Source of the DNA: a virus
Strand: one strand, 5' to 3'
DNA length: 64,000 bases
IMG/VR virus record: IMGVR_UViG_3300021956_000014
The notes under the pieces were generated by a model that had not been told where the DNA came from, did not search any database, and worked only from the letters and a program-made list of their open reading frames with translations. Position 1 is the stretch's first letter, and every line of letters starts with the position of its first letter. Shown piece by piece: positions 45,919 to 54,754 of the stretch. The position numbers and the translations under genes are program-made.

Positions 45919-46466
45919 TCTGATCCTGATAGTCTGTGGTTAACGACGTTCCAATCTATGATTCGCCATAGATTGTCTAGATATTTGCCTTTGTTTGATC
46001 CATAATCGTTGACCCAGGCGTGTTCCCACCAGTCAACAAGTAAAGCAATATCTGTACGTTTAGCATGGTTGCTGATTGTTTTGATAACGCCAGACTTATT
46101 CAAATAAATCCAATTGCTACCTTGCAGTTTCATGGCTTGGTCTTTGAATTCTTTTTTAAACGCATCAAAAGATCCAAACTTTCTAGTGATCAAGCTGTCG
46201 ATGGTTCCTGTGGGCTTGTTGCCAGTGCGCGGTGCACGGAATTGTGTAAACCAAATACGGTGTAAGAAAGCACCAGCTTCGTTAAACGTGCGGTCACCTT
46301 CTTTGTTGTTGTAACGGTCAACATAAGATTTGTAAAGTTTACCATAGTGCAGGTCCACAGTAGTCTTACTAGTCACTGGACTTAACGCACCTGCGCTGTA
46401 GGGCAGTTTAACCTGCTCTAGATCTTGGTCGCTTTTTGCTTCAATTAAGTCAATTATGTCACGCAT
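45915..46466 (-). CDS. sod: Fe/Mn superoxide dismutase homologue
   Basis: 183 aa; aligns along full length with E. coli SodB (LPY..AL.P..S..T...[19 protein letters not shown]); all four metal ligands present (His in LHYGK, His in FLHRIW, Asp+His in DWWEH); second-sphere HH of the HHxKHH motif replaced (LY). Confidence 0.7.
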   Translation of the reverse strand: MRDIIDLIEAKSDQDLEQVKLPYSAGALSPVTSKTTVDLHYGKLYKSYVDRYNNKEGDRTFNEAGAFLHRIWFTQFRAPRTGNKPTGTIDSLITRKFGSFDAFKKEFKDQAMKLQGSNWIYLNKSGVIKTISNHAKRTDIALLVDWWEHAWVNDYGSNKGKYLDNLWRIIDWNVVNHRLSGSE

Positions 46467-46473
46467 GTAGTAT

Positions 46474-46692
46474 TTATTTGTTTCTATATACTACTCGCCC
46501 GCGAGTTAAATCGTAAGGGCTCATTTCTACTTCGACGCTGTCACCTAGCAATATGCGTATATTATTTTGACGCAGTCTGCCGCTAATGGTGGCAGTGATG
46601 GTATGGTTTTCGTTAATCTTAACTCTAAACATAGCATTGGGCAATACATCTTCTACTTTGCCCTCGAGACGAATTAGATCTTCTTTAGCCAT
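46474..46692 (-). CDS. infA: translation initiation factor IF-1
   Basis: 72 aa; near-colinear with bacterial IF-1 (MAKED.I...G.V...LPN.MFRV...N.H...A.ISG..R.N.IRIL.GD.V.VE.SPYDL..GR.V.R). Confidence 0.9.
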   Translation of the reverse strand: MAKEDLIRLEGKVEDVLPNAMFRVKINENHTITATISGRLRQNNIRILLGDSVEVEMSPYDLTRGRVVYRNK

Positions 46693-47341
46693 GATACTTC
46701 AACATGATTCCATGCCTTTCTTTCAATTTTAAAAACTCCTCTGCTGAAAATCCTATGCTTAATTGCACCCTACTGTGCTCTATACCCACTACAGCGTGAA
46801 TAACTTTTCCAAATATTGCAGTCCACGACTTTTCGGGAATTACTGTAGACTTGATTAGTGTTAAGTTTTCCCCTTCGGGAAACTGTAAAGCAGGACCTTC
46901 CCTAATTAGGTCATAATTTTGTTCTTGAAACCATTGGGTCATTACCTCGGGTCCGCCCGCATCTATCAAATAATTTAATATGTATCGTCTTGGTCCACCA
47001 TCAGAGTGCGGGGTGAATGCTTGTCCTGCAAACATTAACTGACTACCCACTTGCCCAAATTCTCCAATGTTTTCTTTGACCCATTCAGCCACACGGTCTG
47101 GTAAGTTATATCTGCGATAAGTGGCACGTTTATATGTATGGCCATTCAAATGAAATTCTTTTGTACTCTTAAATTTTTTCAACAGCTCAGGAGACAATTC
47201 TCCGGTCTTAGGATCGTAGGTTGGTCTAGTTACAAATTGAATATCATTACCGAGATGTATTGATTTTCTTACTTCGTTAACTACCCACTTAGGAGGTTCG
47301 GGTAAATCACACAAACAATAAAAATCTAAATCATCCACCAT
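46685..47341 (-). CDS. putative 2OG-Fe(II) oxygenase
   Basis: 218 aa; FTPHSDGG (HxD) and downstream His ([13 protein letters not shown]) consistent with the facial triad. Confidence 0.4.
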   Translation of the reverse strand: MVDDLDFYCLCDLPEPPKWVVNEVRKSIHLGNDIQFVTRPTYDPKTGELSPELLKKFKSTKEFHLNGHTYKRATYRRYNLPDRVAEWVKENIGEFGQVGSQLMFAGQAFTPHSDGGPRRYILNYLIDAGGPEVMTQWFQEQNYDLIREGPALQFPEGENLTLIKSTVIPEKSWTAIFGKVIHAVVGIEHSRVQLSIGFSAEEFLKLKERHGIMLKYHG

Positions 47342-47342
47342 A

Positions 47343-47750
47343 TTATCTACGCATATTACTTATGGCCACAGCGTCTTCTTGTGCAAATACCGGCACAGCA
47401 TTAGATTTGTGCATAGTAGCAATGCCCAGGACTTTGGTGCCAGTATACACTTTAGCTGGAGCAAGAGTAGCAGTACCACCAGTGTCTCTGCTAGGGATAT
47501 CTTTAGTAGTTGCACGACCTGGGGGTGGGGCCAACTTATAGGTCAGTGTTTCGGCCTTCATAGCACGACGACGTTTTTTGTCGTCAGCTTCAACTGCCCA
47601 TTTCTTTTGCAGTTCTTTCCAGCTGGCATCAAGCTCACGTGCCTTGCGAGCTTCTTCGGCATTGCGGAATTTGACCCGGCCTTTCTTTTTACCGTTAAGG
47701 CTAAGGCTGGGGTGATGTAGGTGCATGGTCATGATTGCAGTTTCTCCCAA
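47343..47750 (-). CDS. basic hypothetical protein
   Basis: 135 aa, Lys/Arg-rich. Confidence 0.4.
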   Translation of the reverse strand: MGETAIMTMHLHHPSLSLNGKKKGRVKFRNAEEARKARELDASWKELQKKWAVEADDKKRRRAMKAETLTYKLAPPPGRATTKDIPSRDTGGTATLAPAKVYTGTKVLGIATMHKSNAVPVFAQEDAVAISNMRR

Positions 47751-47959
47751 GTGTATTCGATGTCACGCATGTGGGCAACAGGATTGAGCCAACCATTGTT
47801 GATACATTCTGCAATGATCAGTCGATACTCGCGTGGGCACTGATTGTTGATTTCAAATGCCGCTCGGGGCACCAGTCTCAAACCGTCGGGTGAGAATGTA
47901 AAATCAGCATCACTGGGACGCAAAGTTTTGTGGGGTTGACCGGCAGAAATCTTAATCAT
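47729..47959 (-). CDS. hypothetical small protein
   Basis: 76 aa ORF. Confidence 0.35.
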   Translation of the reverse strand: MIKISAGQPHKTLRPSDADFTFSPDGLRLVPRAAFEINNQCPREYRLIIAECINNGWLNPVAHMRDIEYTWEKLQS

Positions 47960-47975
47960 GCTTTATTATAGCAAA

Positions 47976-48302
47976 TTAGCCTTTTTTAGTCAAATCCGCA
48001 ACTGCTTTTTTTAGCGTCTCTGCGTAATTTAGGGCTTGCTGTTGAGTCATAATAATAGTGGATTCGTACTCAATATACCCTCGGGTCAAAAGTGTCCAAA
48101 TGGTCCGCCAACGGCTTTGTTCCCACCATTTTGATTTTTGCTGTGTGTAGGTAGTAACAATGACTCTTTCTGTGTCGTCTGCTTCAATCCATACATTATG
48201 ATCGTGGTTGCTGTCACCACATTCGCAGACTACTTGATAAGTTACCGTATCACCCCAATCATTGCGTTTTAGAATACCTTCTGCTGGTTTTTCTGCTTTC
48301 AT
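47976..48302 (-). CDS. hypothetical protein
   Basis: 108 aa ORF. Confidence 0.4.
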   Translation of the reverse strand: MKAEKPAEGILKRNDWGDTVTYQVVCECGDSNHDHNVWIEADDTERVIVTTYTQQKSKWWEQSRWRTIWTLLTRGYIEYESTIIMTQQQALNYAETLKKAVADLTKKG

Positions 48303-48676
48303 TGAATTTCTTTAATAGTATATTTGAGCTCGTGGAATCCTTGATATTTCACCAACTTCCAATCGGTGTTTGCTGTAACAACTTCTTCAGTAGGCAACAA
48401 GAATACATGGTTAGGAAATCTTTGGCGGATAACTGAAATAACTTCATCTACTGTTTGCCCCTGTCCTAAAAATGCATGATTATCTTTGTCAAACCAATAT
48501 GTAACACCGTTGACAACTTCAACGTCAACTCTGTGAATAATTTTATCAAGATAGGCTTTTATCTTGCTTACTTCTTGTTCACGCTGTTCTGCCCAGGACT
48601 TGGCAAACAAATTGGCAACTTTAAAAATGAAATAGTAAAATAAAGCCCAGCCCAGCAATTCCATAAAATTGTCCAT
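48299..48676 (-). CDS. N-terminally membrane-anchored hypothetical protein
   Basis: 125 aa with N-terminal TM helix. Confidence 0.4.
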   Translation of the reverse strand: MDNFMELLGWALFYYFIFKVANLFAKSWAEQREQEVSKIKAYLDKIIHRVDVEVVNGVTYWFDKDNHAFLGQGQTVDEVISVIRQRFPNHVFLLPTEEVVTANTDWKLVKYQGFHELKYTIKEIQ

Positions 48677-48704
48677 TTAGATCTCCACTACAGTTATTTA
48701 CACA

Positions 48705-49532
48705 TTATGTCCAAAGACCACGCCGGATCTTAACCAGTCGAATCATCATTTCTTCGTCTTCGAGAAAATGCGCTTCTTCAATTTCATGAACACGATCAAA
48801 GATGCCGCTTCTTTGCTTACGTTCTTGTGGCGTAAGTTGTTTATCATCAGGGTCAAACTCTGTGATACTATACTTGGTTTCCATTTGGGCATTAAAGGCG
48901 TTATAGCCGGCTTCTTCATATGGATCCAACCGATTTGGTCTGATGTCTTTCCACCAAGTATACAATGTCAGTGTTTCACGAGCATGTTCTGCTTGACTGG
49001 GGTTGCGATCCTGTGCAGGTAAAGCTGGATCATCTAAGGTCATGCACCATTTTAGGTAATCAATGCCGGCTTCGGGACAGCGCCACTCACGCCAGTAAAA
49101 CAACCAATTTCGACGCCACCAAGGCATCATGTATTTTTTACGAGCTTCTTCATCCCAAACGCAGGTGTGCCATGCCTGTTCAACTTCCACAAAGTTCACA
49201 AGCTCGGTAAACATTCCATGCAAAATGCGAGATTCGTATTCGTGCCATTTACCGAGTTCAAGGTCGGTATGCACCATGTGCGTTTGTCTAAGAAAACGAT
49301 TACGCAGGTAATAGCTAAGATTGTAAAAAGGATCAACAGACCATTCGGCTGGTTTTTCTAACCAGTCTGGCAATGTTTCTGTTACAAAGTAAGCAACAGG
49401 TCGTTGAGCTTTTAATTCTTTTTCCCACTTAGCCCATCCGCCCCAAGGCAAGGCATAGGGTTTTTCAACTCGGAAAACAGAGTTTCTTAGCCAGTTAAAC
49501 AACCAACTGTCTTGATAGTGTCTTGAGGGCAT
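48705..49532 (-). CDS. Trp-rich hypothetical protein
   Basis: 275 aa, unusually Trp-rich (WLFNWLRN, PWGGWAKWEK, MMPWWRRNWLFYWREWR). Confidence 0.45.
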   Translation of the reverse strand: MPSRHYQDSWLFNWLRNSVFRVEKPYALPWGGWAKWEKELKAQRPVAYFVTETLPDWLEKPAEWSVDPFYNLSYYLRNRFLRQTHMVHTDLELGKWHEYESRILHGMFTELVNFVEVEQAWHTCVWDEEARKKYMMPWWRRNWLFYWREWRCPEAGIDYLKWCMTLDDPALPAQDRNPSQAEHARETLTLYTWWKDIRPNRLDPYEEAGYNAFNAQMETKYSITEFDPDDKQLTPQERKQRSGIFDRVHEIEEAHFLEDEEMMIRLVKIRRGLWT

Positions 49533-49807
49533 TATGTGTTCTTTAGTATATCCATTACACTACCAATTTTAAACTCCATTTGAGTTTCTGTCAAATGTTT
49601 TGGTTGGAAATGAACATGTTCTCTGAGATGGAATGTGGCAAAAACATCAAATCCGCCCCACAAGTCTTTCCATTTTTCGGGATTGTGATAAGTTTTGGTT
49701 CCGTCGACTATAAGGAAATATTCATCCTCTCGCAGTTCAACGGTCAATTTTACTCGCATAGGAGCAACTCGTTTTTGCACAACATCAACAAATGGTATTT
49801 CAATCAC
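49532..49807 (-). CDS. hypothetical small protein
   Basis: 91 aa ORF. Confidence 0.4.
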   Translation of the reverse strand: MIEIPFVDVVQKRVAPMRVKLTVELREDEYFLIVDGTKTYHNPEKWKDLWGGFDVFATFHLREHVHFQPKHLTETQMEFKIGSVMDILKNT

Positions 49808-50802
49808 TTTAAATTGGGGTTTACTTCAATTACAATTTTACCAGTCACTGATCTAGTAGAGGCAAACTTCAGTGCTTCCACAGCATCGTCGAGGCTATAT
49901 CTAGCAGTGATGTTGGGTTTAATTTTTCCGTTCTTGACCCAATTTAGCAGTATGCCCAAATTGGTCATGGCTTCTTGTCCTCGCTTCTGAGACCAAATAC
50001 CAGTGTAAACACCAATTATACTACGTTCTTTCAATAACGCCAAATTTAATGGTATATTTGGTATATCACCGGCCGCAAAACCAATTACCAAATAGCGTCC
50101 TCTAAATCCCAAACTACGCATAGCTGGTTCTGCGTACTTGTCGCCTACCGGATCAAATACTACATCAACACCTTCGCCGAGAGTTTGATTGACAATAAAT
50201 TTTCGCAGATCTTCTTCGTCGTAGTTAATAACTTGGTCTTCTCTGAGGTTAAATGTTTTTCTACAGTAGTCTAGTTTTTCTTCAGTGCTACAGGCCACTA
50301 GTATTTTAGCTTTCATAGCCTGTGCAATTTCAATGGCCGCACTACCGGTGCCGCCCGAACCACCAAGGATTAATACAGTTTCGCCTTCTTGTAGCTGTGC
50401 CATGTCTTTGAGGGCATGTAGAGAAGTGGCATAAGCAGTACTCAGTGTAGATGCAACGTCTAATGCAACTTCATCGGGCAACGGTCTAACTCGGAACTGG
50501 TTAACAACAATTTGTTCTGCCATACCACCGGTACCGGAACTGACTATAACTCGATCACCAGCTTTTACAGTAGTAACACCGGGACCTATACTTCTAACAA
50601 TACCTGAACATTCGTGCCCGGGTACAAATGGAAGTTTAGGTTTAACTTGATACAGTCCTTGCACAATTAATGTATCAGGAAAGTTAACAGCCGCATACGC
50701 AACATCAACCAACACTTCACCGCGGTTTAACTGAAGTGTAGGCCACGGACGAACACGCATGGTGTCCACTGGACCAAATTTGTGACAAACTAACGCTTTC
50801 AT
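49804..50802 (-). CDS. zinc-binding dehydrogenase / NADPH:quinone oxidoreductase (MDR superfamily)
   Basis: 332 aa; GroES-like N-domain (PGHECSGIV...GDRV), Rossmann motif ILGGSGGTGSAAIEIA. Confidence 0.8.
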   Translation of the reverse strand: MKALVCHKFGPVDTMRVRPWPTLQLNRGEVLVDVAYAAVNFPDTLIVQGLYQVKPKLPFVPGHECSGIVRSIGPGVTTVKAGDRVIVSSGTGGMAEQIVVNQFRVRPLPDEVALDVASTLSTAYATSLHALKDMAQLQEGETVLILGGSGGTGSAAIEIAQAMKAKILVACSTEEKLDYCRKTFNLREDQVINYDEEDLRKFIVNQTLGEGVDVVFDPVGDKYAEPAMRSLGFRGRYLVIGFAAGDIPNIPLNLALLKERSIIGVYTGIWSQKRGQEAMTNLGILLNWVKNGKIKPNITARYSLDDAVEALKFASTRSVTGKIVIEVNPNLK

Positions 50803-51173
50803 AAGTATTTCATCCTAAAAAATGTTTCGGCGGCATCATCGTAAAAGTCTAGACATACAGACTCTCTATATCCCGGTCCCAAGTCACTGTCGTCAATCCA
50901 GTGCTGATGGTATCTTGTAGTAAATCCCAGTTCACGCCGCATGGTTTCCCTGATTAGCAATACACTGGGTTTCCAGCTGTATTCTTCTTTCAGCTGTTTA
51001 CGAATACGAGTCCATTCTGATACGGTTAATACGATCATTTGCTGTACTTCAATTTCCAAAAAGTATAATCTTTTTCGCCCAATTCGCCTACTACAGTTAT
51101 TCGATATCCGTAGTTGTTGGGATCGGTGTTGACATAAAAGGTTGGCTCGGTAACGCAATGCTCCATACACCAT
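50799..51173 (-). CDS. small paralog-family protein (member 1)
   Basis: C-terminus DDAAETFFRMKYL matches the family motif. Confidence 0.4.
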   Translation of the reverse strand: MVYGALRYRANLLCQHRSQQLRISNNCSRRIGRKRLYFLEIEVQQMIVLTVSEWTRIRKQLKEEYSWKPSVLLIRETMRRELGFTTRYHQHWIDDSDLGPGYRESVCLDFYDDAAETFFRMKYL

Positions 51174-51283
51174 CGACCTGACTCAGTCTGTTGCCAAGCC
51201 CACAGGGGCTCAGCCGCATACAGTTCGGGGTCTTCAACATCACCCATTTTAAATTCGTGCAATAAGGTTTTGATTAAAGCCAT
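51035..51283 (-). CDS. small paralog-family protein (member 2)
   Basis: C-terminus KDYTFWKLKYSK; conserved Trp pattern. Confidence 0.4.
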   Translation of the reverse strand: MALIKTLLHEFKMGDVEDPELYAAEPLWAWQQTESGRWCMEHCVTEPTFYVNTDPNNYGYRITVVGELGEKDYTFWKLKYSK

Positions 51284-51528
51284 TGAGTCATTTTTGCCAT
51301 GTGTTCTACTGTTATTTCGTCTTCAGTACGTCGGTGTCCTGCTGATTTTAATTGAAACATCAGTGCATCCTGCTCATTATCAAACGTAAAATCCATATAT
51401 GACTGAGTGGGGTGAAATTGCATACGGTCGCTGGGCAAGCCAAATGTTTCCACGGTCCATGCTAGTAACTCATTCCATGCATCACCGTGATTATACGGAT
51501 CTGACCAGGGTACTCTAATAGTTATCAT
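51274..51528 (-). CDS. small paralog-family protein (member 3, C-terminally extended)
   Basis: Internal NEQDALMFQLKS motif followed by a 25-aa extension. Confidence 0.4.
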   Translation of the reverse strand: MITIRVPWSDPYNHGDAWNELLAWTVETFGLPSDRMQFHPTQSYMDFTFDNEQDALMFQLKSAGHRRTEDEITVEHMAKMTQWL

Positions 51529-51529
51529 G

Positions 51530-51760
51530 CTAACTCCATTTTAATGCAAAAAGTGTTTTGGCTTCATCGTTGCAAAATTTTATAATCATTCCAGTTCTTT
51601 TACAACCATGTACATCCAACCAATCATCGATGATCTCTGCGTAGTCCGCGTAGTAGTTGTAGTCTTCAATTATAGCACCATCATCAAAAAAGATAAATCT
51701 GTTTTTCATGCCCAACGTAATGCAAATAAGGTTGCATCTTCTTCGTACCGAAAATACCAA
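51530..51760 (-). CDS. small paralog-family protein (member 4)
   Basis: C-terminus NDEAKTLFALKWS. Confidence 0.45.
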   Translation of the reverse strand: MVFSVRRRCNLICITLGMKNRFIFFDDGAIIEDYNYYADYAEIIDDWLDVHGCKRTGMIIKFCNDEAKTLFALKWS

Positions 51761-51984
51761 ACGCTTTCGACTTGTTTATTAAACAAACTGTCAACTGGGT
51801 CAATGCCCAGTTTGTACCAAGTATGATTAAATTCTCCAATGTTTTGTTCACACCATTCTTGAGCCAACGGCCAATCGTTGTTGTGTATGATTACTTGATA
51901 TTTTAAATCCAAATTCATACTATGACCACCGCAATGCAAATAAGGTTGCATCTTCTCCGCGTTTGAATGCAAAGTAAGACCCAA
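51706..51984 (-). CDS. small paralog-family protein (member 5)
   Basis: C-terminus YEEDATLFALRWA. Confidence 0.45.
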   Translation of the reverse strand: MGLTLHSNAEKMQPYLHCGGHSMNLDLKYQVIIHNNDWPLAQEWCEQNIGEFNHTWYKLGIDPVDSLFNKQVESVWYFRYEEDATLFALRWA

Positions 51985-52094
51985 CGTTGCGCCAATCCCG
52001 ACTACGCAAGTTTTCGTAGCACCAACGTTCTTTGGCTTCTACATCATCGCCGGTGGTAATCTGATGGGGCCAATATCGTTTATTTAGAATTCTC
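51918..52094 (-). CDS. small paralog-family protein (member 6, 58 aa, below ORF-track threshold)
   Basis: Hand translation MRILNKRYWPHQITTGDDVEAKERWCYENLRSRDWRNVGSYFAFKRGEDATLFALRWS; the DNA stretch GCAAATAAGGTTGCATCTTC recurs in the member 5 gene. Confidence 0.4.
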
Positions 52095-52095
52095 A

Positions 52096-52404
52096 TTATT
52101 GACTTACCAAATCAAAAGCTGTTGCATATTGTATTTCTGGTTCCATATGAAAGCCTGTACCCCACACTACCCATACCTTACGTTTGAATATTTTTTCCCA
52201 CCAAACATATCTACCTGCAATGGTCTTAACAGGCCAATAGGCAAATACTTCACGCCACGGATAACAGTCTGCTCCATCGGTAATAATCTGTGTAATAGTC
52301 AAAGTCCAATACTCCCCTGTACCTGGGTTCTTGGGAATGTACTTAACACGCTTGAGCCACTTAATGTTGTCATTGACGCTTCTGCTCCACAATATCATGA
52401 CCAT
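52096..52404 (-). CDS. Trp-rich small protein, possibly a distant family member
   Basis: 102 aa; C-terminus EIQYATAFDLVSQ loosely matches. Confidence 0.35.
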   Translation of the reverse strand: MVMILWSRSVNDNIKWLKRVKYIPKNPGTGEYWTLTITQIITDGADCYPWREVFAYWPVKTIAGRYVWWEKIFKRKVWVVWGTGFHMEPEIQYATAFDLVSQ

Positions 52405-52613
52405 CTCAACAAAAATGCTGTGATATCTTCTTCTCTAGTGAATCTAAATGTATCAAAACTTGTGCGCCTTGCTGTAGGTATATATTCCCAACACCAATGC
52501 TGTATAGGATCCATTAAGGCTTCATTTAAGATATAACCGGGATTGCTATAATCAGAAAATGTCATGTTGGCCACAGTCAAGTCCATGTCTTGTCTAGTCC
52601 ACTTCATGCCCAC
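52395..52613 (-). CDS. small paralog-family protein (member 8)
   Basis: C-terminus REEDITAFLLRWS. Confidence 0.45.
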   Translation of the reverse strand: MGMKWTRQDMDLTVANMTFSDYSNPGYILNEALMDPIQHWCWEYIPTARRTSFDTFRFTREEDITAFLLRWS

Positions 52614-52831
52614 CTCAATGCAAATGCAGTGGCATCTTCGGGATTCTTAAAAGAAAAGGTTGTGTTGCCAAACATACTGTGCATAACCCAAATCTTGTCT
52701 TCCATGCCTTCCCATTTAACGGGACTGCTGTAGGTCCACCCACCTTCACCGATGAACTCTCTGCACCAACGCTCCATTTCGCCGTTTAGGTGGTACTGGC
52801 GTTTAGTAAGGGTAATTTCGTTCATCGCCAC
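52604..52831 (-). CDS. small paralog-family protein (member 9)
   Basis: C-terminus NPEDATAFALRWA. Confidence 0.45.
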   Translation of the reverse strand: MAMNEITLTKRQYHLNGEMERWCREFIGEGGWTYSSPVKWEGMEDKIWVMHSMFGNTTFSFKNPEDATAFALRWA

Positions 52832-53052
52832 CTCAGACGAAATAGCGTTGCTTGCTCTGGTGAAGGGAAATCAAAAGACCATGTGTCGCTGGGGAACTGG
52901 CTTCTAAAAGTCCATGAGTCTGTGCCGATTTCACGATCACACCAATCGATGATGTCAAAGACATCTTTGTTTGAACAATCTAAGGTTACACTAGTCATAC
53001 TATATTGTAACATTGATGTCTTTATAGGTCTTGCTTTTTGAGTGTTTCCCAA
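52822..53052 (-). CDS. small paralog-family protein (member 10)
   Basis: C-terminus SPEQATLFRLRWR. Confidence 0.45.
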   Translation of the reverse strand: MGNTQKARPIKTSMLQYSMTSVTLDCSNKDVFDIIDWCDREIGTDSWTFRSQFPSDTWSFDFPSPEQATLFRLRWR

Positions 53053-53405
53053 ACTTCTTTTTGTTCCCGAAACTTGTCACGTAGTTGTCTATATCGAATG
53101 CCGGCTTCTTTGAGTTCATCAAACTCTTTTTCTAGTGCTGAATCCATCTTCATAACCCCCAACATTTCTTGAATGCCTTCTAGAGTTTCTGTTAGGCTGA
53201 CTCCGTTTATTTTAAGGTCTGCGTTTTTGCCTTTTAATTCCAATGTGCCACTTTGTTGTAGTGTGGCCGCAGTATCGAGGACGGGGCTGACCCAATTTGT
53301 TCCGTTGGTGCCTGTTGAGGTATAAATGTATCCGGGGTTTGTTATACCCGGGGTAGTAATAGTTACATTGCCATATGTATATGGCGAACTGATCATGTAT
53401 GACAT
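53022..53405 (-). CDS. hypothetical protein (Thr/Gly-rich N-terminus, coiled-coil C-terminus)
   Basis: 127 aa; start ATG only 6 nt downstream of a consensus -10 element. Confidence 0.45.
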   Translation of the reverse strand: MSYMISSPYTYGNVTITTPGITNPGYIYTSTGTNGTNWVSPVLDTAATLQQSGTLELKGKNADLKINGVSLTETLEGIQEMLGVMKMDSALEKEFDELKEAGIRYRQLRDKFREQKEVWETLKKQDL

Positions 53406-53411
53406 AGTAAC

Positions 53412-53440
53412 ATTATATATCTTTGTACGCCGGCCGTCAA
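53412..53440 (-). promoter_or_regulatory. consensus sigma70-like promoter implying a leaderless transcript
   Basis: Minus strand TTGACG-17-TATAAT-gttact-ATG: start codon lies at the predicted +1. Confidence 0.45.
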
Positions 53441-53467
53441 CTATAAATATCTCAAAGGACTGTCAAA

Positions 53468-53839
53468 TTGTTAGTTATTCGAAACGACTGTACTAGACCC
53501 GACATCAATATACCTTGGAGTTTTGATTACATCAAAGCAACCAATGATCACACTCTCAAGTCAGTGGCAGATTCGTATGCAAAGTTTGAAACGCTGACCG
53601 CGGATCTTACACACGGCTGGCAACAAAAGATAATTAGAAGCGATGATCTATCGCATATCTACTACTTAGATATATTTGGTCCACATGTAACTATGGAAAG
53701 CATAGAACATGTGAACCATTTATATCGGGTAAAATACGAACGGGAGTTCGCTAAACCCTGGTACGACTGGGCAGTAGCTTATCGTATGCGTCACGGAATA
53801 ACACTTGAACGCAGTATCGTTCAAATATCAAATCCGTAA
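53468..53839 (+). CDS. hypothetical protein (plus-strand, TTG start)
   Basis: 123 aa ORF, AAAGGA 9 nt upstream of TTG; converges on the phosphoesterase gene with 19-nt overlap; fills an otherwise 415-nt gap. Confidence 0.3.
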   Translation: MLVIRNDCTRPDINIPWSFDYIKATNDHTLKSVADSYAKFETLTADLTHGWQQKIIRSDDLSHIYYLDIFGPHVTMESIEHVNHLYRVKYEREFAKPWYDWAVAYRMRHGITLERSIVQISNP

Positions 53840-54663
53840 GTAGGATCAAAGTCGTCAGCCCGACCTTCATATCCTTTGTAACCACGCGGGTTGCAAATAA
53901 TACGAGTTTCACCAATCATGTAGTCAAACACATCATGCGTGTGTCCGTGTGTCCAAACCTTGATTTCGGGGTTGTCCAAAATCAACTCGCTCAGATCACT
54001 GCTGTATGCTCCATTCATGATGGTGTCATTTAAGTAGCGTGGCTTGATAGAAGCCTTGCTAGGTGCATGATGCGTCATTACTACTACCGGCAACCGGCGA
54101 CCGTTGGCACGATTTTCTTCCAGTATCTGCTTGATGTAAGCACGACTCCGGTAGTGATCTGCCATAGTCTTTTCGGGCTGTAATCTATGGTAAACGTTCT
54201 TAGTCTCATTAAACATAGTAACTTGACGGTAGTCGTTCATCATTGACTTCATATGAAACAGGGTAAGCTCATCACCTTTGTTCATGTCGGTCCACAATGT
54301 TGCACCAACGAACAGCACACCATCTAGCTCATAGCACTCGTTTTCCAACAGATGCACATTGGCGGGCAGTTGTGATTTGATGTGATCGTAGGTCTTATGG
54401 TATTGGAAACCATAATGCTCGTGATTACCCATGACCATAAACACTTCACGATACTTGCTACATTCTTCTTCGAAGAATCGATTGAAACGATCGGGACGTT
54501 GATCCTTGCGTTCGTGCTCAAGCAAGACCATGTTGGGATTGTACATATCTGGTTTCATGCGCTTGGCTTCGCAGATATCCCCAGACAGGATCAACACATC
54601 ACCGCCGGGCAACTCAAGGTCTGCAAAATCCAAATGCAAATCGCTCATAACACTAACACGCAT
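53821..54663 (-). CDS. calcineurin-like metallophosphoesterase
   Basis: 280 aa; DLHLD, GDxxE/D-like (SGDICEA), GNHE (MGNHEHY), later HH and GHTH motifs; RBS AGGAG. Confidence 0.7.
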   Translation of the reverse strand: MRVSVMSDLHLDFADLELPGGDVLILSGDICEAKRMKPDMYNPNMVLLEHERKDQRPDRFNRFFEEECSKYREVFMVMGNHEHYGFQYHKTYDHIKSQLPANVHLLENECYELDGVLFVGATLWTDMNKGDELTLFHMKSMMNDYRQVTMFNETKNVYHRLQPEKTMADHYRSRAYIKQILEENRANGRRLPVVVMTHHAPSKASIKPRYLNDTIMNGAYSSDLSELILDNPEIKVWTHGHTHDVFDYMIGETRIICNPRGYKGYEGRADDFDPTYGFDI

Positions 54664-54712
54664 AATTTTCTCCTATAATAGTAATTATACTATCAATTCC
54701 GTTGCTGGACAA

Positions 54713-54748
54713 ATAAAAAAAGGCCCCGGGGGGCCTTTTGGGTCACGC
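54713..54748. terminator. bidirectional intrinsic terminator
   Basis: AAAAAAAAGGCCCCGGGGGGCCTTTTGGG: perfect GC hairpin with A- and T-runs. Confidence 0.6.
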
Positions 54749-54754
54749 CAGGGA

